A program made the position numbers and the translations under genes. Below are positions 49,331 to 62,238 of a stretch of DNA of 64,000 nucleotides, in pieces. Each line of letters starts with the position of its first letter. Positions within the stretch are counted from its first letter, which is position 1. The stretch is taken from positions 496,001 through 560,000 of the forward strand of contig OZ374565.1 of assembly GCA_977862235.1 (NCBI GenBank), written 5' to 3'. The notes under the pieces are model-generated. The model was not told the DNA's origin. It was given only the letters and a program-made list of their open reading frames with translations, and did no database searches. Source of the stretch: Dudresnaya verticillata. Its lineage: Eukaryota.

Positions 49331-49410
49331 ATGTTGTTCTTTATTTGTTGTTTATAGTGGTCCTACGCGGGCAGCTTAGGCCCATGTGCAAGCGCACTTG
49401 AGGGTCCGCA
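49331..49410 (-). mobile_element. Short 3' tail of the LINE family
   Basis: Minus strand ...atgggcctaagctgcccgcgtaggaccactataaacaacaaataaagaacaacat resembles 59424-59478. Confidence 0.65.
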
Positions 49411-50229
49411 AAAGGGCTCGTGGACTTATATATATATATATATGTTTTATATATATATATGTTTTGTTGCGTGCTATGGGACTATGGGCTGTCTTTGACG
49501 AGGGCACTGGATAGCGATGGGGGACGGGGGGTGGATGATCTTGTGCGCATAGTCGCCGTATTTTGTCAATGGCGGTGGAGATAGCGGTAAGGTCTGAGGG
49601 GCTGTTCGCGGGGTGTGACAATTTTTGAAGGACTGCGGCTTGTTCACGAAGTTCTGAACGTGTAACTGCGCAGGAGGGTGGAATTGGGAAGGTGCCGAGA
49701 TGCCACCGAACCGCAAGCTTACGGTCGCGGTGGCTAGAAAGCCTGAGTGCTGTGGTCGCCGTGCTTGTCGTTGGTTGTTTTACGGTTATGATGGGATGCC
49801 TGTCAAGAATAATAATTCTAGCGATGTTAACACGAGAGGGTGCGTATTGCTATGAAAGGATTTCGACAATAATGCCGTGAATGAACCAGACTTTCGCAAT
49901 CTGTCTTGCTGGACTCTACGAAAGCCTACTCGGTGATGAATTGTGTAGTGCTCTATTGCAATCGCCAGTTGTTGTCTCGTAGTCGCACCAAGGCGAATGC
50001 CCACCCCTACTACCGTACATACTCAAGGACTGCGGAAAACTTACGTTAGTCATTAATGTTGCATTTTGGAAAGAGCTGCATTTCGCTCTTATGTAAATAT
50101 GCACAAACGAGGATGAACGAAAGCAGTGTTGCACTGTGGTAGCATTAAATCTGCGCACTGTGGTGCCAGTATCAGCTCAAAAGACTACACGTTCTGTCCT
50201 AGAAGGGCCCCAGTCCATAGGGCCTAAAC

Positions 50230-50418
50230 CAAACAGAATCCTGCGAGAGACTTGATCCGCTGTGTTCTAAGTCCAGTCGATGTGATCCATGTCCCCAAAT
50301 GTATCCGAACTGCTTTGAAAACAAACAGAATCCTGCGAGAGACTTGATCCGCTGTGTTCTAAGTCCAGTCGATGTGATCCATGTCCCCAAATGTATCCGA
50401 ACTGCTTTGAAAACAAAC
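50230..50418. repeat. Perfect 92-bp tandem duplication
   Basis: caaacagaatcctgcgagagac...gctttgaaaa at 50230-50321 and 50322-50413. Confidence 0.95.
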
Positions 50419-53038
50419 CAAATCCTTCCGTAGATACAACAATAGAATACTTCTAGGTCGGTTAGAAGCTTCGCATCTGTTGCCGAGAAGGCGGACCTAG
50501 CCAAAACAATAGCAAAGCTGCTGCGGTTTTCGCACTCAATGAAAATAGTTAACCGATGAGAAGTGCCGGCCAGTCTATTTGGTTTCTTGGGGACATATAT
50601 AATCAAAACAGCATGACGAAGCGCCAAGAGATTACTCTAAGGGTTTTATTGACAACGATGAGGAAGATGTAAGGGTTGTCACCCTGCCCGAGGGGCTGAT
50701 GCGAGCGCGAGGGTTGTTATCGGCCCGAGGTGTAGCCGAGGGCCAATAAACAGCCGAGGGCTCTAATCAGCCTCGAGGGAAAGGGTGATAACATGCTTGT
50801 CGCAAAAAGCTTTTTTTTGTTTCGCGATTCTCGGCTTATGGGGCGAGCGTGCGAATCGAAACGCTTTCACTTCGCTTTCGCCCCCATTTCTCCCGGGCCA
50901 TCCCCCCTCACTGCTCTCGCTTTTTTCCGCGCCACGCTTGATAAGCTGATATCAGCACTCCATCCAGTGGGGATAACCTGTATTTGCACTGGATTGGCCG
51001 CGACAATGGTTTGTCGCACTGTGGGGCAAGGCGAAATCCGATATCGCACTACGGGGCAGTGCTGATATGGGATATATCAGCACTGAATGCAACCTGTAAT
51101 ATCACGAGCACTACGCAGAATTTATTCTGTCTCGAGCTACTGTAGCCAGGACCGATCGGCCAAGTTAGATGCGGACGTTCTGCCGGCCGTCCTCAGACAG
51201 TTTTCGCCAGTGCGACAAGCAAGTTATAGCCCCGCCCTTCGAACGCTCATTGGACCTCGTCTCAAATTGGTCCACTCGGCTCCGCCTTGTGGACCGATTT
51301 GATACTCGGTCCAATATCGCGATTCTCGGCCCAGGGCTATAACTTATACATATTATATCACATTGCTCTGTGCTCTGAGCTGTGGGCAATGTGATATGAA
51401 TGCAATTCAGGGAGAGTTTCGTTGGTACACTAATAATAGAGCAAATGGCTCTATCTACACATTCAAACAATAATTCCGAAAGATTTACGGGTATCCATTT
51501 TGTAATTACACGTTCAAAAAACCAGTCATAATGTCTATTTTTGATGTCAAACTCTTAGCCTGACTGCGTACTCTTAGGAAACTAGACCAACTCTGACTAG
51601 ACCAACTCTGTTTGTGTGTTGCAGTCCTATACTCATTGCAGACTAGTGCTAAAAATGCGATGCTCTACAATCTCCGTGAGACCCCTTCTTGAACAGCACG
51701 TCGTCGGAAAAGCTGTTAATGTACGAATATCCATAGCCAACCACGTTTCTTGAGGGTTCCGCATCGTTAATCTGCTCGACGTTTATTTGAAGGATAGCAG
51801 CTCTAAAACTGGAACCGATACTGTACTGTTGTACGCTTTCTTGAGTCTGCTTGAAAATCTGAAACTACCGCTGCATGAACAAAGGCAAAGGCTATCTTAA
51901 CATTGATTCTGCTTACTTCTCAACGTGCATCAGAACTTCAAGATCGCAGTAAGGTAGGGGGAACATGACTTTAACCAAGGCAGCAAGGTACGAGCAGAAA
52001 TAACAGCCTTCAATACTCTATCTATTTCCCAAACTGCTTTACGTAGGCCATAGCTTTCTATTGTGTACCCGAACGTGGGGAACGGTAGTATAGACAGTTA
52101 GAGCACATCAACACACACACAAGTACAAATATCTTACCTTCATTTCTTGTATTGTTTGCAATCGATTATTTTCAAAACTATTCTGTTATCATAAAACATC
52201 TGTTTATATCTGTTATCTATGGCTACGCAACGTTCTTAAAAGTGTATAAAAATGGTGTGCGGTAGAACTGGCCGTCTGGACGACTCACTTATGTTAAGAG
52301 CATATGCATAGGTAACGGTAAGACTACAGAAATATTTCTAGTACAATTTCAATGTTGAGGGTATTCCAGCATAGGATACGTCCCCAAACGATGCTAGGTC
52401 ACCCCTCCAGGGAGGGCTCCCTGCTCTGAACAATCCTTAATTCTCGCCCGAGAAGGCGATGCCGTAACAAGTGCTATTTGCGTTTCTTAATAGGGACATG
52501 TCTGCTGGCCGGTTAAATGCTTACTTTCCGTAAGCAATTTCAAAAAAGAGCTTTTCGCTGCTGCGTTAACTGTGCAAAGTAATCTCTCAGCTGCTCGCAG
52601 ACTGTGCCACTTGGCCAGTTGAGCTGCATTGGCCTCGTTCGCTATGTACTTCGTTCTAGAAGATGCGAAGGAAACGCTGCAGAGTAGCGCACGGACGAGT
52701 GCATCATTTTGCTCCTGGGTCATCTCCATTGTCAAGGAGCGGAGCCTTGATTAACAGTATAAACTCGAGTCAACAACAACGCTTCGCGGCCAATCACCAC
52801 CGCCCTTCGGAATCATTTGTCAGTCAAGACGGTAGCAGTGGCAGTGCACCTGACTACAGTATGAAGCACTCGGGCCCGTCAGATGCTGCGTTGTGTACTG
52901 TAGAAGTTCTGTATATTTAACGCACATTTCTGCAAGTCTATACGGAGGCCGATTGTGTTGCCCCATAAATCTTATTCAATAGCCCGCTCTGAAAATGATA
53001 AAACGGAGCTTCTTTGTGCGTTGGAATGCAGCCATAGC

Positions 53039-56000
53039 AAAACGACATGCTGCAGAGAAGGGTGAGCATTCTGTAAAACCGTCGCTTGGTTTCGCAGCAA
53101 GAGCAATTTCTATGTGCGAAAAGAGATGGTCCCTAGAAAGACCCCCTGCCGATTAAACAATACAATAATGAAATAACAGGGGACGGGTGAACCCGCCCCT
53201 GTTGAGTCTCCTGTTGTTTTTTCTTGTTTTGTAATCAGGTCTCGGTTTGTAATAGATCATGTCGATGAATCTCGAGGAGTACTGAAGCAGGTATTTTAAG
53301 GCCCCGCCGTTCGGGTTTCAATTTGTGCGGTAATGCAGTTCTGTTACGCCGCAAGTGACGTATATACCCAGCAGAAACGCCTTCTACCAGTTTAATCAGA
53401 GGTGCCATTTTGTACATAAGCGCAATGCATCGGATTGACTGGCTCTTGGTACTGCTGTTCCACAGGCAGCGAAAGATGCAGTTCTGGATTCCAACACGTT
53501 TAATACTTATTGCAGAAAAATCGGGATACAATAATCAGCGCTCGCGATAGTGACGTACTGTACTCTGTGACAGATGGTGAGCAATGCCGCGCTACAATCA
53601 GGCAGATACCCCAACGCGGTCTCTCGCTTTCTACATCGACCCTCCCTGCAGTAATGAACGATTCTGGTTCAGTGACCAGTCTCTCTGGAGGCTCATTTTG
53701 TAAAATGTGCATTTTCAATAAGGTTTGTGAGTTATTTCATGCACCACGACCGCGTTCTTTCTTATATATTCTACACATCCTGTAAATGTAGTGCATGCAT
53801 AACAGTGCCTCACCATTTCGAAGAGCTTCCTAAATTATGGACTACGGCATTGCCAGTTTTGCCAATTTATTATACAGACTTGGATGTCCTTCTTACTCTT
53901 CCCCGCAGATGTCTATCTAATGACCTCTCTGAATCCATGGGAAGACTAGGCACCATTTTTTGTAGATTTGCTGCTTTTACGTACCTTCCTGTGCCTTACT
54001 GTGCAGTACTTCACAGTTTCGAACAAGTTTCCTGCATCAGAGGGGGGCATGGCGACGTTACAAGCAGAACGCTAGTCGATTGGCATTGTTTCTTCTATTA
54101 AGAAAAACCTGCAATAAGCAGGAAATCGTTGGCGATTGACTAGGTACATAAACATTTTAAATAAACCCGTGGTCGGTATAAACCTATCGTCTTGAATGTG
54201 TCGATAGATGGTGGAAAATTCTGCTCCGACGTAGCATCTAAGATATCAGGGAAGTCTTTCAAATAAGACAGTATATAAGACTAAGACCCTTCTGAACTCA
54301 AGGGGCTCTGGCTTCAGGGAAAGTGTTCAGACTGTTATCGGCCGACACACAGCGTGTTGGCTTCGTTTCTGGGATTTAATTCGTAAGCGCAACCTCTCCA
54401 TCTGTTTAAGAGGTAGCATGAAGACGTTCTTTTCTTTGCTCTGTGTTTTGCTTGGAATCATTTCCAGCGCAAAAGCTGTATCTCCGCCGCCATGCGGAAC
54501 GGGGACAACGACTTGTTCCATTCAACATGTGTGTTTCGCATTGGATGAGAGTGGATCGATCACTTCCCCCCAATTTCTAGAGCAGAAGGGCTTTGTTTCA
54601 TCGTTAGCTGATGCTGTTGCTGCTGCAAACCCAGGGGGAATTGTTAGGTACAGCGCAGCTTCTTTTTCAAATAGTGCTCGCACGGTGTCTACTAGTACCT
54701 CAAGCATTTCCAGTTTCAAGAATGCAATCCAGAGCACAACCCAAATCGCTCTAGGAACGAACATTGGGAGCGGCTTAACAGTCTGTAGGTCGCTTGTTGG
54801 AACAGTCGGAAACCGTGTGGTTGTGGCCCTGACTGATGGAGTTGATAGTGGTCCTTTTCCAACCCTATCTATTGCCAATTCCATGAAGACTACCAGTGGT
54901 ATTGCCATTGTCACAATAGGCATCGGCAGTGGCATAAGCGAAGCCTTTCTGAAACAAGTTGCCAGCAGTCCGGCATTCTACATCAACGCAAGGTTCGGAA
55001 ACTTGGCTTCTGTCATTCAACAAGCTACGCAGGCTTCGTGCCAAGTCTCGATGAATTCTCCCTGCCCGACAACAAGCCCTACGCCTACAATTACACCAAC
55101 TGCCTCACCCACTTCATCAACCTCTGTCACCCCATCTGGGTCGCCATCACCGACTCCATCAACCTCTGCCACCCCATCAACCTCTGTCACCCCATCTGTG
55201 TCGCCATCACCGACGCCTTGCCCCGTCGACAACGTTTGTTTCGCAATTGACAACAGTCGATCGATGAGCGCCGCTGAACTTGAAATGGAGAAGGAATTTG
55301 TGCGGGAAACCTCCAGGCAGGTCGCCTTGAGGAGTCCTATGGCTTATTACTCTGCTCACACCTTCAATATTCGGGCGAAATCGGTCCGCACTATGACTAT
55401 GCAGAGATTGCAACAGTTCATGCCTGCTATCGCAGCTCTGAAGGGGACGATTGGATACACGAACATGTTTGCTGGTGTTCAGGCATGTTTCAATGATCTG
55501 CACCCAAGGAAAGGGACGAAACTTCTCGTCGTGGTAACAGACGGAAGGGACAATGCCGTTCCTCGGGTAACCAATATATCAGCGTCAGTGAAGAGCCACG
55601 GAATAGCAATTCTTACTGTCGGAATTGGAAACGGAGTGGCCGGAAAGTACCTAGAAGATCTGGCATCAAGTCCCAGCTTCGCTCTGCGTGCACCTTCATT
55701 CGCACTGCTCTCTTCGCAAGTGAATAAGTTGGCTGGAGATCTTTGTTTGGGAGCTGCTGCCCCAACACCCGCACCGCTTAAAGACGCATGTAGAAGCGCA
55801 AGCTACCACTGCTTGCTGCGATTCCATACGTTCCCGACTGGGATTCCAGCGTTTCTGATTCCTGGTGAGCCGATATTCAAGAAGAAGTTCACACCGCCTG
55901 TTGTGAACATGCTCGATGGGAGGCATCCCGGGGTGTTGCGCTCTGCAATATTGCGCACTGTATTTGTGAAACCCAATGGCCAGGAGACTCGAGTGAAAGG

Positions 56001-56689
56001 GAGGCTATTTGCGGCATCTTCCCGCTATGGGCAGTACGCGGTTGTGCCGAATCGTTTTGACCCGCGGCCGTTCGAGAGGATTGACAGGAAGTGCCTGAAA
56101 GTTATTTTCCGTGTCCGAGGAACTTCGAACTCTCCTAATTACTGCGTGGTATTCAAGCTTGCTTAACAAGGTTATGGATATCGAACAATCGGCGGGTTTT
56201 CGCCTCTCGCACGGGTCTAAGAAAGCCCAACTCTCGGAGCTCAGTAGGGCTCCTTTTGAAGTAAGCGTGGAGAATTTATCTTCACCATTTCTCTTTTACA
56301 CGTAATAAATTTCCTTTGCTGTGCCAGTCATTTTCATTGTGGGACTACTGCTCCGATGATGTGCTTTCTGGAACCGCACTGTGTACGTTAGGGACTGCAT
56401 GTTTGAATTGCTGCACTGCATGAAACTAACGAGAGGTTGCTGAGGCTTAGTTGTAGTTGTTGACATCATGAGAAGGGCGAAGGGCAACCGATCTGCCGTG
56501 TATCTTGTCAGTCGACACACACGGACATCATTGGACCGGCGATGAAACCAGTCACCGCTAAACATGCAAGATTGTGTAAGCCAAGTCTCTCTGTAATTTC
56601 AATCATATCACATCGTCTACGCCACCGCCGGCGCGTCGGTCCCATACGCGCGCGGAGGCGGACGTGTGGCACAGTGGTTTCGGCGCTGT
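53039..56689. repeat. Arm 2 of inverted segmental duplication A
   Basis: Reverse complement of 2337-6404, lacking 318 bp of the coding minisatellite and the 6277-6326 insert. Confidence 0.95.
54418..56166 (+). CDS. Secreted double-VWA protein, short-linker paralog (582 aa)
   Basis: Same architecture as 2862-4928; both MIDAS DxSxS motifs intact; linker 106 aa shorter. Confidence 0.9.
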   Translation: MKTFFSLLCVLLGIISSAKAVSPPPCGTGTTTCSIQHVCFALDESGSITSPQFLEQKGFVSSLADAVAAANPGGIVRYSAASFSNSARTVSTSTSSISSFKNAIQSTTQIALGTNIGSGLTVCRSLVGTVGNRVVVALTDGVDSGPFPTLSIANSMKTTSGIAIVTIGIGSGISEAFLKQVASSPAFYINARFGNLASVIQQATQASCQVSMNSPCPTTSPTPTITPTASPTSSTSVTPSGSPSPTPSTSATPSTSVTPSVSPSPTPCPVDNVCFAIDNSRSMSAAELEMEKEFVRETSRQVALRSPMAYYSAHTFNIRAKSVRTMTMQRLQQFMPAIAALKGTIGYTNMFAGVQACFNDLHPRKGTKLLVVVTDGRDNAVPRVTNISASVKSHGIAILTVGIGNGVAGKYLEDLASSPSFALRAPSFALLSSQVNKLAGDLCLGAAAPTPAPLKDACRSASYHCLLRFHTFPTGIPAFLIPGEPIFKKKFTPPVVNMLDGRHPGVLRSAILRTVFVKPNGQETRVKGRLFAASSRYGQYAVVPNRFDPRPFERIDRKCLKVIFRVRGTSNSPNYCVVFKLA

Positions 56690-56894
56690 GTCGATAGAGT
56701 CCCCCAAGAGGCCCGTTCAATTATAACGAAAAATTAATGTTCCACATCTGCAAGGATCTACTGCCTGCTCAGCTCCAATTTCGTGAGAGGCACCAGATTT
56801 CAATTCTGCTGCCCTCTCCTTCAGCCGCTCTCCCCCGCGCTCCACGGCAAACCACCTCACCTCGACCGTCGACTTCAAGCAATAACCGAGGAAA

Positions 56895-57467
56895 ATGGAC
56901 AAGGACAAGAAGCAGTGTCTCCGCTGCTGCAAGAAGCGCTGCCGTTGTTCCAAGGCTGAGCGAGTTCCCAAGTGCGAGAAGAAGCAACCGATCATTGCTG
57001 AATCGGTCAAGAAACGGAATGGAGAGTCGTCCAGGCCGGCTATCACTACTCTCAGCACTACACAACTGGATGAGTGGACCAACAAGCTGATTTCACTCGT
57101 CAACAAAGACCGTGCAAGGGCAAATCTCACTCCGGTTCGGTTGAGCTCTACTCTCACCGTTGCTGCGAAGAAGCACACGGAGTACCAGGCGGAACAGCAA
57201 ACGATGTCCCATGCGGGCAGGGATGGAACTAGAGTTAGTGATAGGGTCAAGAAGGAGGGGTATGTTTTCTCGAGGGTCGGTGAAAATGTCGCTGTCGGTA
57301 GCCCAACGCCGGAGCGAGTTCATGAAAGACTCATGAACTCGCCTGGGCACCGTGCGATGTGCCTGATGCCAGAGGCTGTTGATTTTGGGATGTACGTCTG
57401 CAAGGGCAGGAATGACCGGTTCTACTGGACTGAGATTTTTGGCAAGCGTAAGAGCGTTAAAAAGTAA
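56895..57467 (+). CDS. CAP/SCP domain protein, diverged paralog (190 aa)
   Basis: MSH...VGENVA...LMNSPGHRAMCL...YWTEIFG; conserved His, Glu and His all present. Confidence 0.88.
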   Translation: MDKDKKQCLRCCKKRCRCSKAERVPKCEKKQPIIAESVKKRNGESSRPAITTLSTTQLDEWTNKLISLVNKDRARANLTPVRLSSTLTVAAKKHTEYQAEQQTMSHAGRDGTRVSDRVKKEGYVFSRVGENVAVGSPTPERVHERLMNSPGHRAMCLMPEAVDFGMYVCKGRNDRFYWTEIFGKRKSVKK

Positions 57468-58657
57468 GCTGCAGAGTCATCGTTGTCACTCTCCGAGTAT
57501 GGGGTACTCTGTGCGAACTTCGAGCCTTTGAGAGAGTAAACAATCAATATACTTCGATTTCCTTCTATTTGGACCAGTTCATGCTTGCGGATCTGGCATG
57601 GGATTTGGCCATGCTTCTGATGAGACAACTGGGATGGGATTCACTCCTGCTACAGTTTTCCGTTCGCCTGCATCACAGTGTGTGGCTTCTATACCCGGTC
57701 AGAACATTTTACGCAATTCGCCACCTTTCTCCGCAACTTGGCACAAAAAACAGATGTCGAGCTCAAGTCGAACGCCTCTTTATCTATATTGAGGAAACCT
57801 CCGGTCTTGCTGCTGACCTCTCCAGCTGTTCCCGTTCAACATCAGAACATCCTCGTGATATCCAAGCCCCAGCTTGCACACCTGTGTGAAGAATATTCCT
57901 GGGACGAAGACCGCCGTGATCAGATACAAGCATTTTTCGACATCCCAAAACTCAGTGTAGTTCAAATCCTTGAGGGCTCTTCGCAATGTAACAAGAGAGA
58001 TTGGGAACTTTATGGTAGGGCTAGATGTAGCAAAGCCTTAGAGCTTTTCAGATTCACAACTTCCGAAAAGCAATGATCTTCCCCTTGCGCTTCGGCGATT
58101 ATTCGTGGTTATTAAATTTGTAGAAGCAGACGTTGGTTGAGATCCACTACACGCCGTCATCCTCCTAGCCATAGACACACCACTGATATCCTTCTCTCCT
58201 TCCCGGGGTGTAATACAGTGACAGCCCGCTGCCAATGCAGCTGATCCTGGTGCATTGCCCGCCGCAATGGGATTGCCCGCCGCAATGGGATGGGCCAGCA
58301 GCCGGCCCACGGCCGTGCCGCTTGGACTCGGGCATCGTGCTGCAGAGTACAGGCTCTGTGGTCATGCTCGTACTCTGCGAAGCGACCTCCAGAGAACATC
58401 CTATAAGCTTAGAACACCCTGGAAGCTTTTCGTTCTTGTTCTTCGTGCAGATTAGTTTTCCTCTTCCGTCGTCCCCATCGTCCTTCCCGGCCGACAGTCT
58501 CCCGGACTCCCACATCATCAAGAGCCTGTTACAAGTCGCCTTCCAAGCTTGTGACGCGTGGGACAGGGTGTACCTTGCCCTTTTCAGCGCTGAGCAATCG
58601 TCTTACACTCTTCGTCCACACTGTTGAAGAGTAGATGAGGTGCTGGGCATCACAATC

Positions 58658-59478
58658 CGCCGCCCGAGATGTCTACTCGGTCTTCATACGTCCAATAATT
58701 GAACACGGCCTAGCACTCGTCCCGTGCACACAAGACCTAACCCAAGCTCTCGACAAGCTCGACGCACAGTTCCTCCGCCTATGTATCTCCCAAGCATCAC
58801 CAGTCGTTACCGCACCTCGCTTACGCAAACTCCGAGCCCTGTACAGGCTGGAGCCCCCAACACTGCGACAAAGATCCCTACAACACAAACTCGTTCACAG
58901 CCTGCGCCGCTTGACCATGCGGCAGAACACCCCAGCCTCATGGCAGGCACGTAGGACACTTACGGCGCTATCGATCCTTCGATGCCCAGGCATCCAACAG
59001 AGTCCCCACCAAGGTACGTCACCTAAAACACTCGCAATAAGGGAATGGACGATGGCACTATCAGGAAGAAGAACGGCGCCAGTTTACAGCCACCACCGGT
59101 TACCTCTAGCCCTGGAACTCCCGGACCACCAAGACAGGAAGCTAGCCACGCGCTGGCATCTAGGGACTTTCCCAATCCCACCCAGCTGCCAAGCTGCCCG
59201 CCTCGCGATGCGACCGCACACGAAGACCCTGTCACTCCTGTCACTTCAAGACCCCGATCCATCTGCCGCCCACCGCGTCTGTGACGCCCTGCGGGCCATC
59301 CGTAGTATATGCTCCGAAGACTACCCCTCACCGCCTGCCTCCCAGTAGACCTGCCCACCGACCACAGCCACCCCATCCAGTAGTGGACCACTTCCTGCTC
59401 TCCAAGAGCACGTGTGCCAGCAAATGGGCCAAAGTCGCCCACGCAGGACCACGCTAAACAACAAATAAAATACAACAA
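58658..59478 (+). mobile_element. 5'-truncated LINE insertion (821 bp) with 7-bp TSD CACAATC
   Basis: Absent from the other arm (empty site gattgtg 31102-31108). cacaatc at 58651-58657 and 59479-59485. Open frame VYSVFIRPIIEHG...RWHLGTFPIP to stop at 59348; tail taaacaacaaataaaatacaacaa. Confidence 0.92.
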
Positions 59479-62144
59479 CACAATCGGCGCATTGTTGCTG
59501 AATAACAGTACTGGTACCTCTCCATATCGGCCAGCTTGATTGTGATCGGATAGATGTTAATTCAGGAGGTAACATCATTGCCAGCAGCTAACGATCACTT
59601 CTCTTCTTGACATACCCACCTGGTTATGCAGAGCCTATCTGCTACCTCTTGAGAGGAACACCTTCACAATAGTAGCCGTGCAGACACCGAATGGGACAGA
59701 ATAGTTCCAAAGCAAGGGCGAAGCGGCGTTGGGTACGCCGGCGCTGGTCTTCTTCCACGCAGCCACCTTGTCCAAGAATCCAGTTTTAAGTCCTGTAGCT
59801 CTGCAAAAGGCCTCGCGACCCAGACTTGCTGGGGGAGTGATCGACGCGCGTGCCGAGAAGGCAGGAGTAGAGAATTCCTCCTTGGCGACCAAATCATGTG
59901 GTTGGCAGCTGCCCACCTATCACAGATCCGTATTGCCAGCCTGATGGATAGCGGAGAGTCGAGGTGCAACAATCAATTTCCTGCAGGCAGCCTACCAGAG
60001 AGGTTGTCACAACCCCAACTCAAGCGACGGCAAATGTTTTCAGTGATCCGGTCGATGTAGATGTTAAGCAGTCCGCAGCTTAAGGGAAATCCTAGCACGC
60101 CTCCATCCCTCTCGCACTGTAGTTAGTCAAGTCGCCGACTGTAGAGAACATCGTTGTTCATATTGAGCAGCTGATCTTAGAAGCAACTTTGCAGGGCAAC
60201 TGAGCTCGACATACAGCCAAAAGGCGATCTCGATCAACTCGACTGCATGCGCATTCCAAGCCAGATACACCCACTTAATCGTCCCCGAGGTTGATGGAGT
60301 CTTGAGCGAGGGCAGTAGCGATGTCCAGGCTGACACTTTCTCGAGTTACATGGCATGCGGCGTAAAATGCCTTCCGGCCATAAAGGACGCTGCGCGCAAA
60401 TCTAATCTTGCTGCTTTCTGCATCTGTAGCCACGTTTGAACCCGAGCGTTCGAAATCTGATTCTCCTTCTGAGTTTGTTGTATAGCTCAGCATCAGGATG
60501 TCTGGGGCTGCCGATGTGTGGAAATGCTCTCATCCATTGACGGCACAGGGTCGAAAGAGCAGCGTTCCAGATTGGCTTTGCTTAGTCCTGCCTTTGATGT
60601 GGAAGCAAATGCCAGGGCGATTGTTAAAATTCAGATTGGGACTCCTTGCGCACTCCGTCAAAATGTACTAGATCTTCTTTGCGTGAGCGACTTGCGGAGC
60701 TTGGAGATATGTGTAGGCAGGGTCGACTTAGAGACTGGTGGCGACAGTGTGACGGCTTCTGCAGCGGTCGGGTCGGACGGCGGTATCTGGAAAGTCCTGA
60801 GATGAGGCCAGATTACGGGTAAACAGTTGGATAGCGAGATGAATTCCAGGGACGGAGCAAAACGCCCAGTGCGATAGACCGGGGTGCTGTTCGTCGTTCG
60901 CCAGCGTTCGTTGAGCAGATCGTATGTACAGATGTGCATGTTGTTCCTCGCTCCTCCCGGTCTGGGCAGCACGAGGCGGTAACTCCCTCGTTTCCCGCTC
61001 AGACCTGCCGGATGGTGACAGCGGTGGGGTTGTTTGGGACCTGTCAACGACATTCAGGGTGCCATTCCGACTTCTGAGGTTTTCGCACTTTGTTGCCTTT
61101 TCCGACACATTTCGACTAACATTTCCAACTTTCAGGAAATATTACATTACAATTCATGCGCCATTTTCAAAAATTATGCGTTGTCGAGGGGGCCTGGCAC
61201 TGCAAGGAGCGGCACGCACGGCCCAAGGAAGGCGTGATTGCGTGCTCTTGTGCCACTCGCGTTACCGCCACCCGCCACCCTGTGACCCGCCTGAATGCAA
61301 CACCGGATTTTGCGCGGTGTTAATCGCTGCTGAAGCGCATCAGGTCGGCTGCCTCGACGCCGTCGCATCCGGTTGTGCGCCTGTGCGATACTGTTTCCGT
61401 ACGTGCCACACATACGACGAAGCGATAAGCTCCGCAAAACTTCTCCAAAACTGACACGCTCTCTCCCCCGCTGTTAAGGCCACTTCTGTTACTTGCCTCG
61501 TCCCGACGATCCTCAAAGCGCCTCACTGCTCTACCGGCCCCGTGCGAAGGTGAATGGTCCCCTCGTCGTGCATGGCTTGCGATCTCGCCGCCTACCAGTG
61601 GTGCTCCTATCTGCCTTGGTGCAATACACTTGGAGGTTCCAATGCGCCAGACAACGTAGACTGCTTTGCTTGTCGCATGGCGACAAAAAATTGCGGAAGC
61701 CTCCAATATCTTGGCGACTAGACGGCCCACCCCTGCTTCATCTACATGGCATCTTTACATTCCGCATCAGTAGCCTGAACTTTTCGGCAATATTCTCAGT
61801 ACTTTTGCCTCACGCTTGGCTGCAGTTATCTCCCCTCAGTAACCCTCGGGTGTCAGCGGTTCTTTCTTCGTTGGATGGATACTCGAATCACAACAGTGAA
61901 GGGTTGAGCAATCTGCAGATATTGAACAAGATTGACAGTCTTTGTCTTTGTCCGTGAATGACTACGTTTTGCTGAGATATAATGAAGAGAGCACTACATC
62001 TGATTGAAGACTTTGCAATTTCACCAACTGCTTCCAAGCCTTCGAAGGGAAAGCCCACGCGCAACTTTGTCATCGACGACTCAAAACGCATAGGGTCTCT
62101 CGACAAGAGGGTCAATAGCCGCGACGATCCCTGCGTCCTTGTCC

Positions 62145-62146
<2 letters not shown>

Positions 62147-62237
<91 letters not shown>
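62147..62237. repeat. (GT)n microsatellite, about 45 units, upstream of the CAP gene
   Basis: Pure GT run; the paralogous site 28320-28398 is a short interrupted CA tract. Confidence 0.97.
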
Positions 62238-62238
<1 letters not shown>

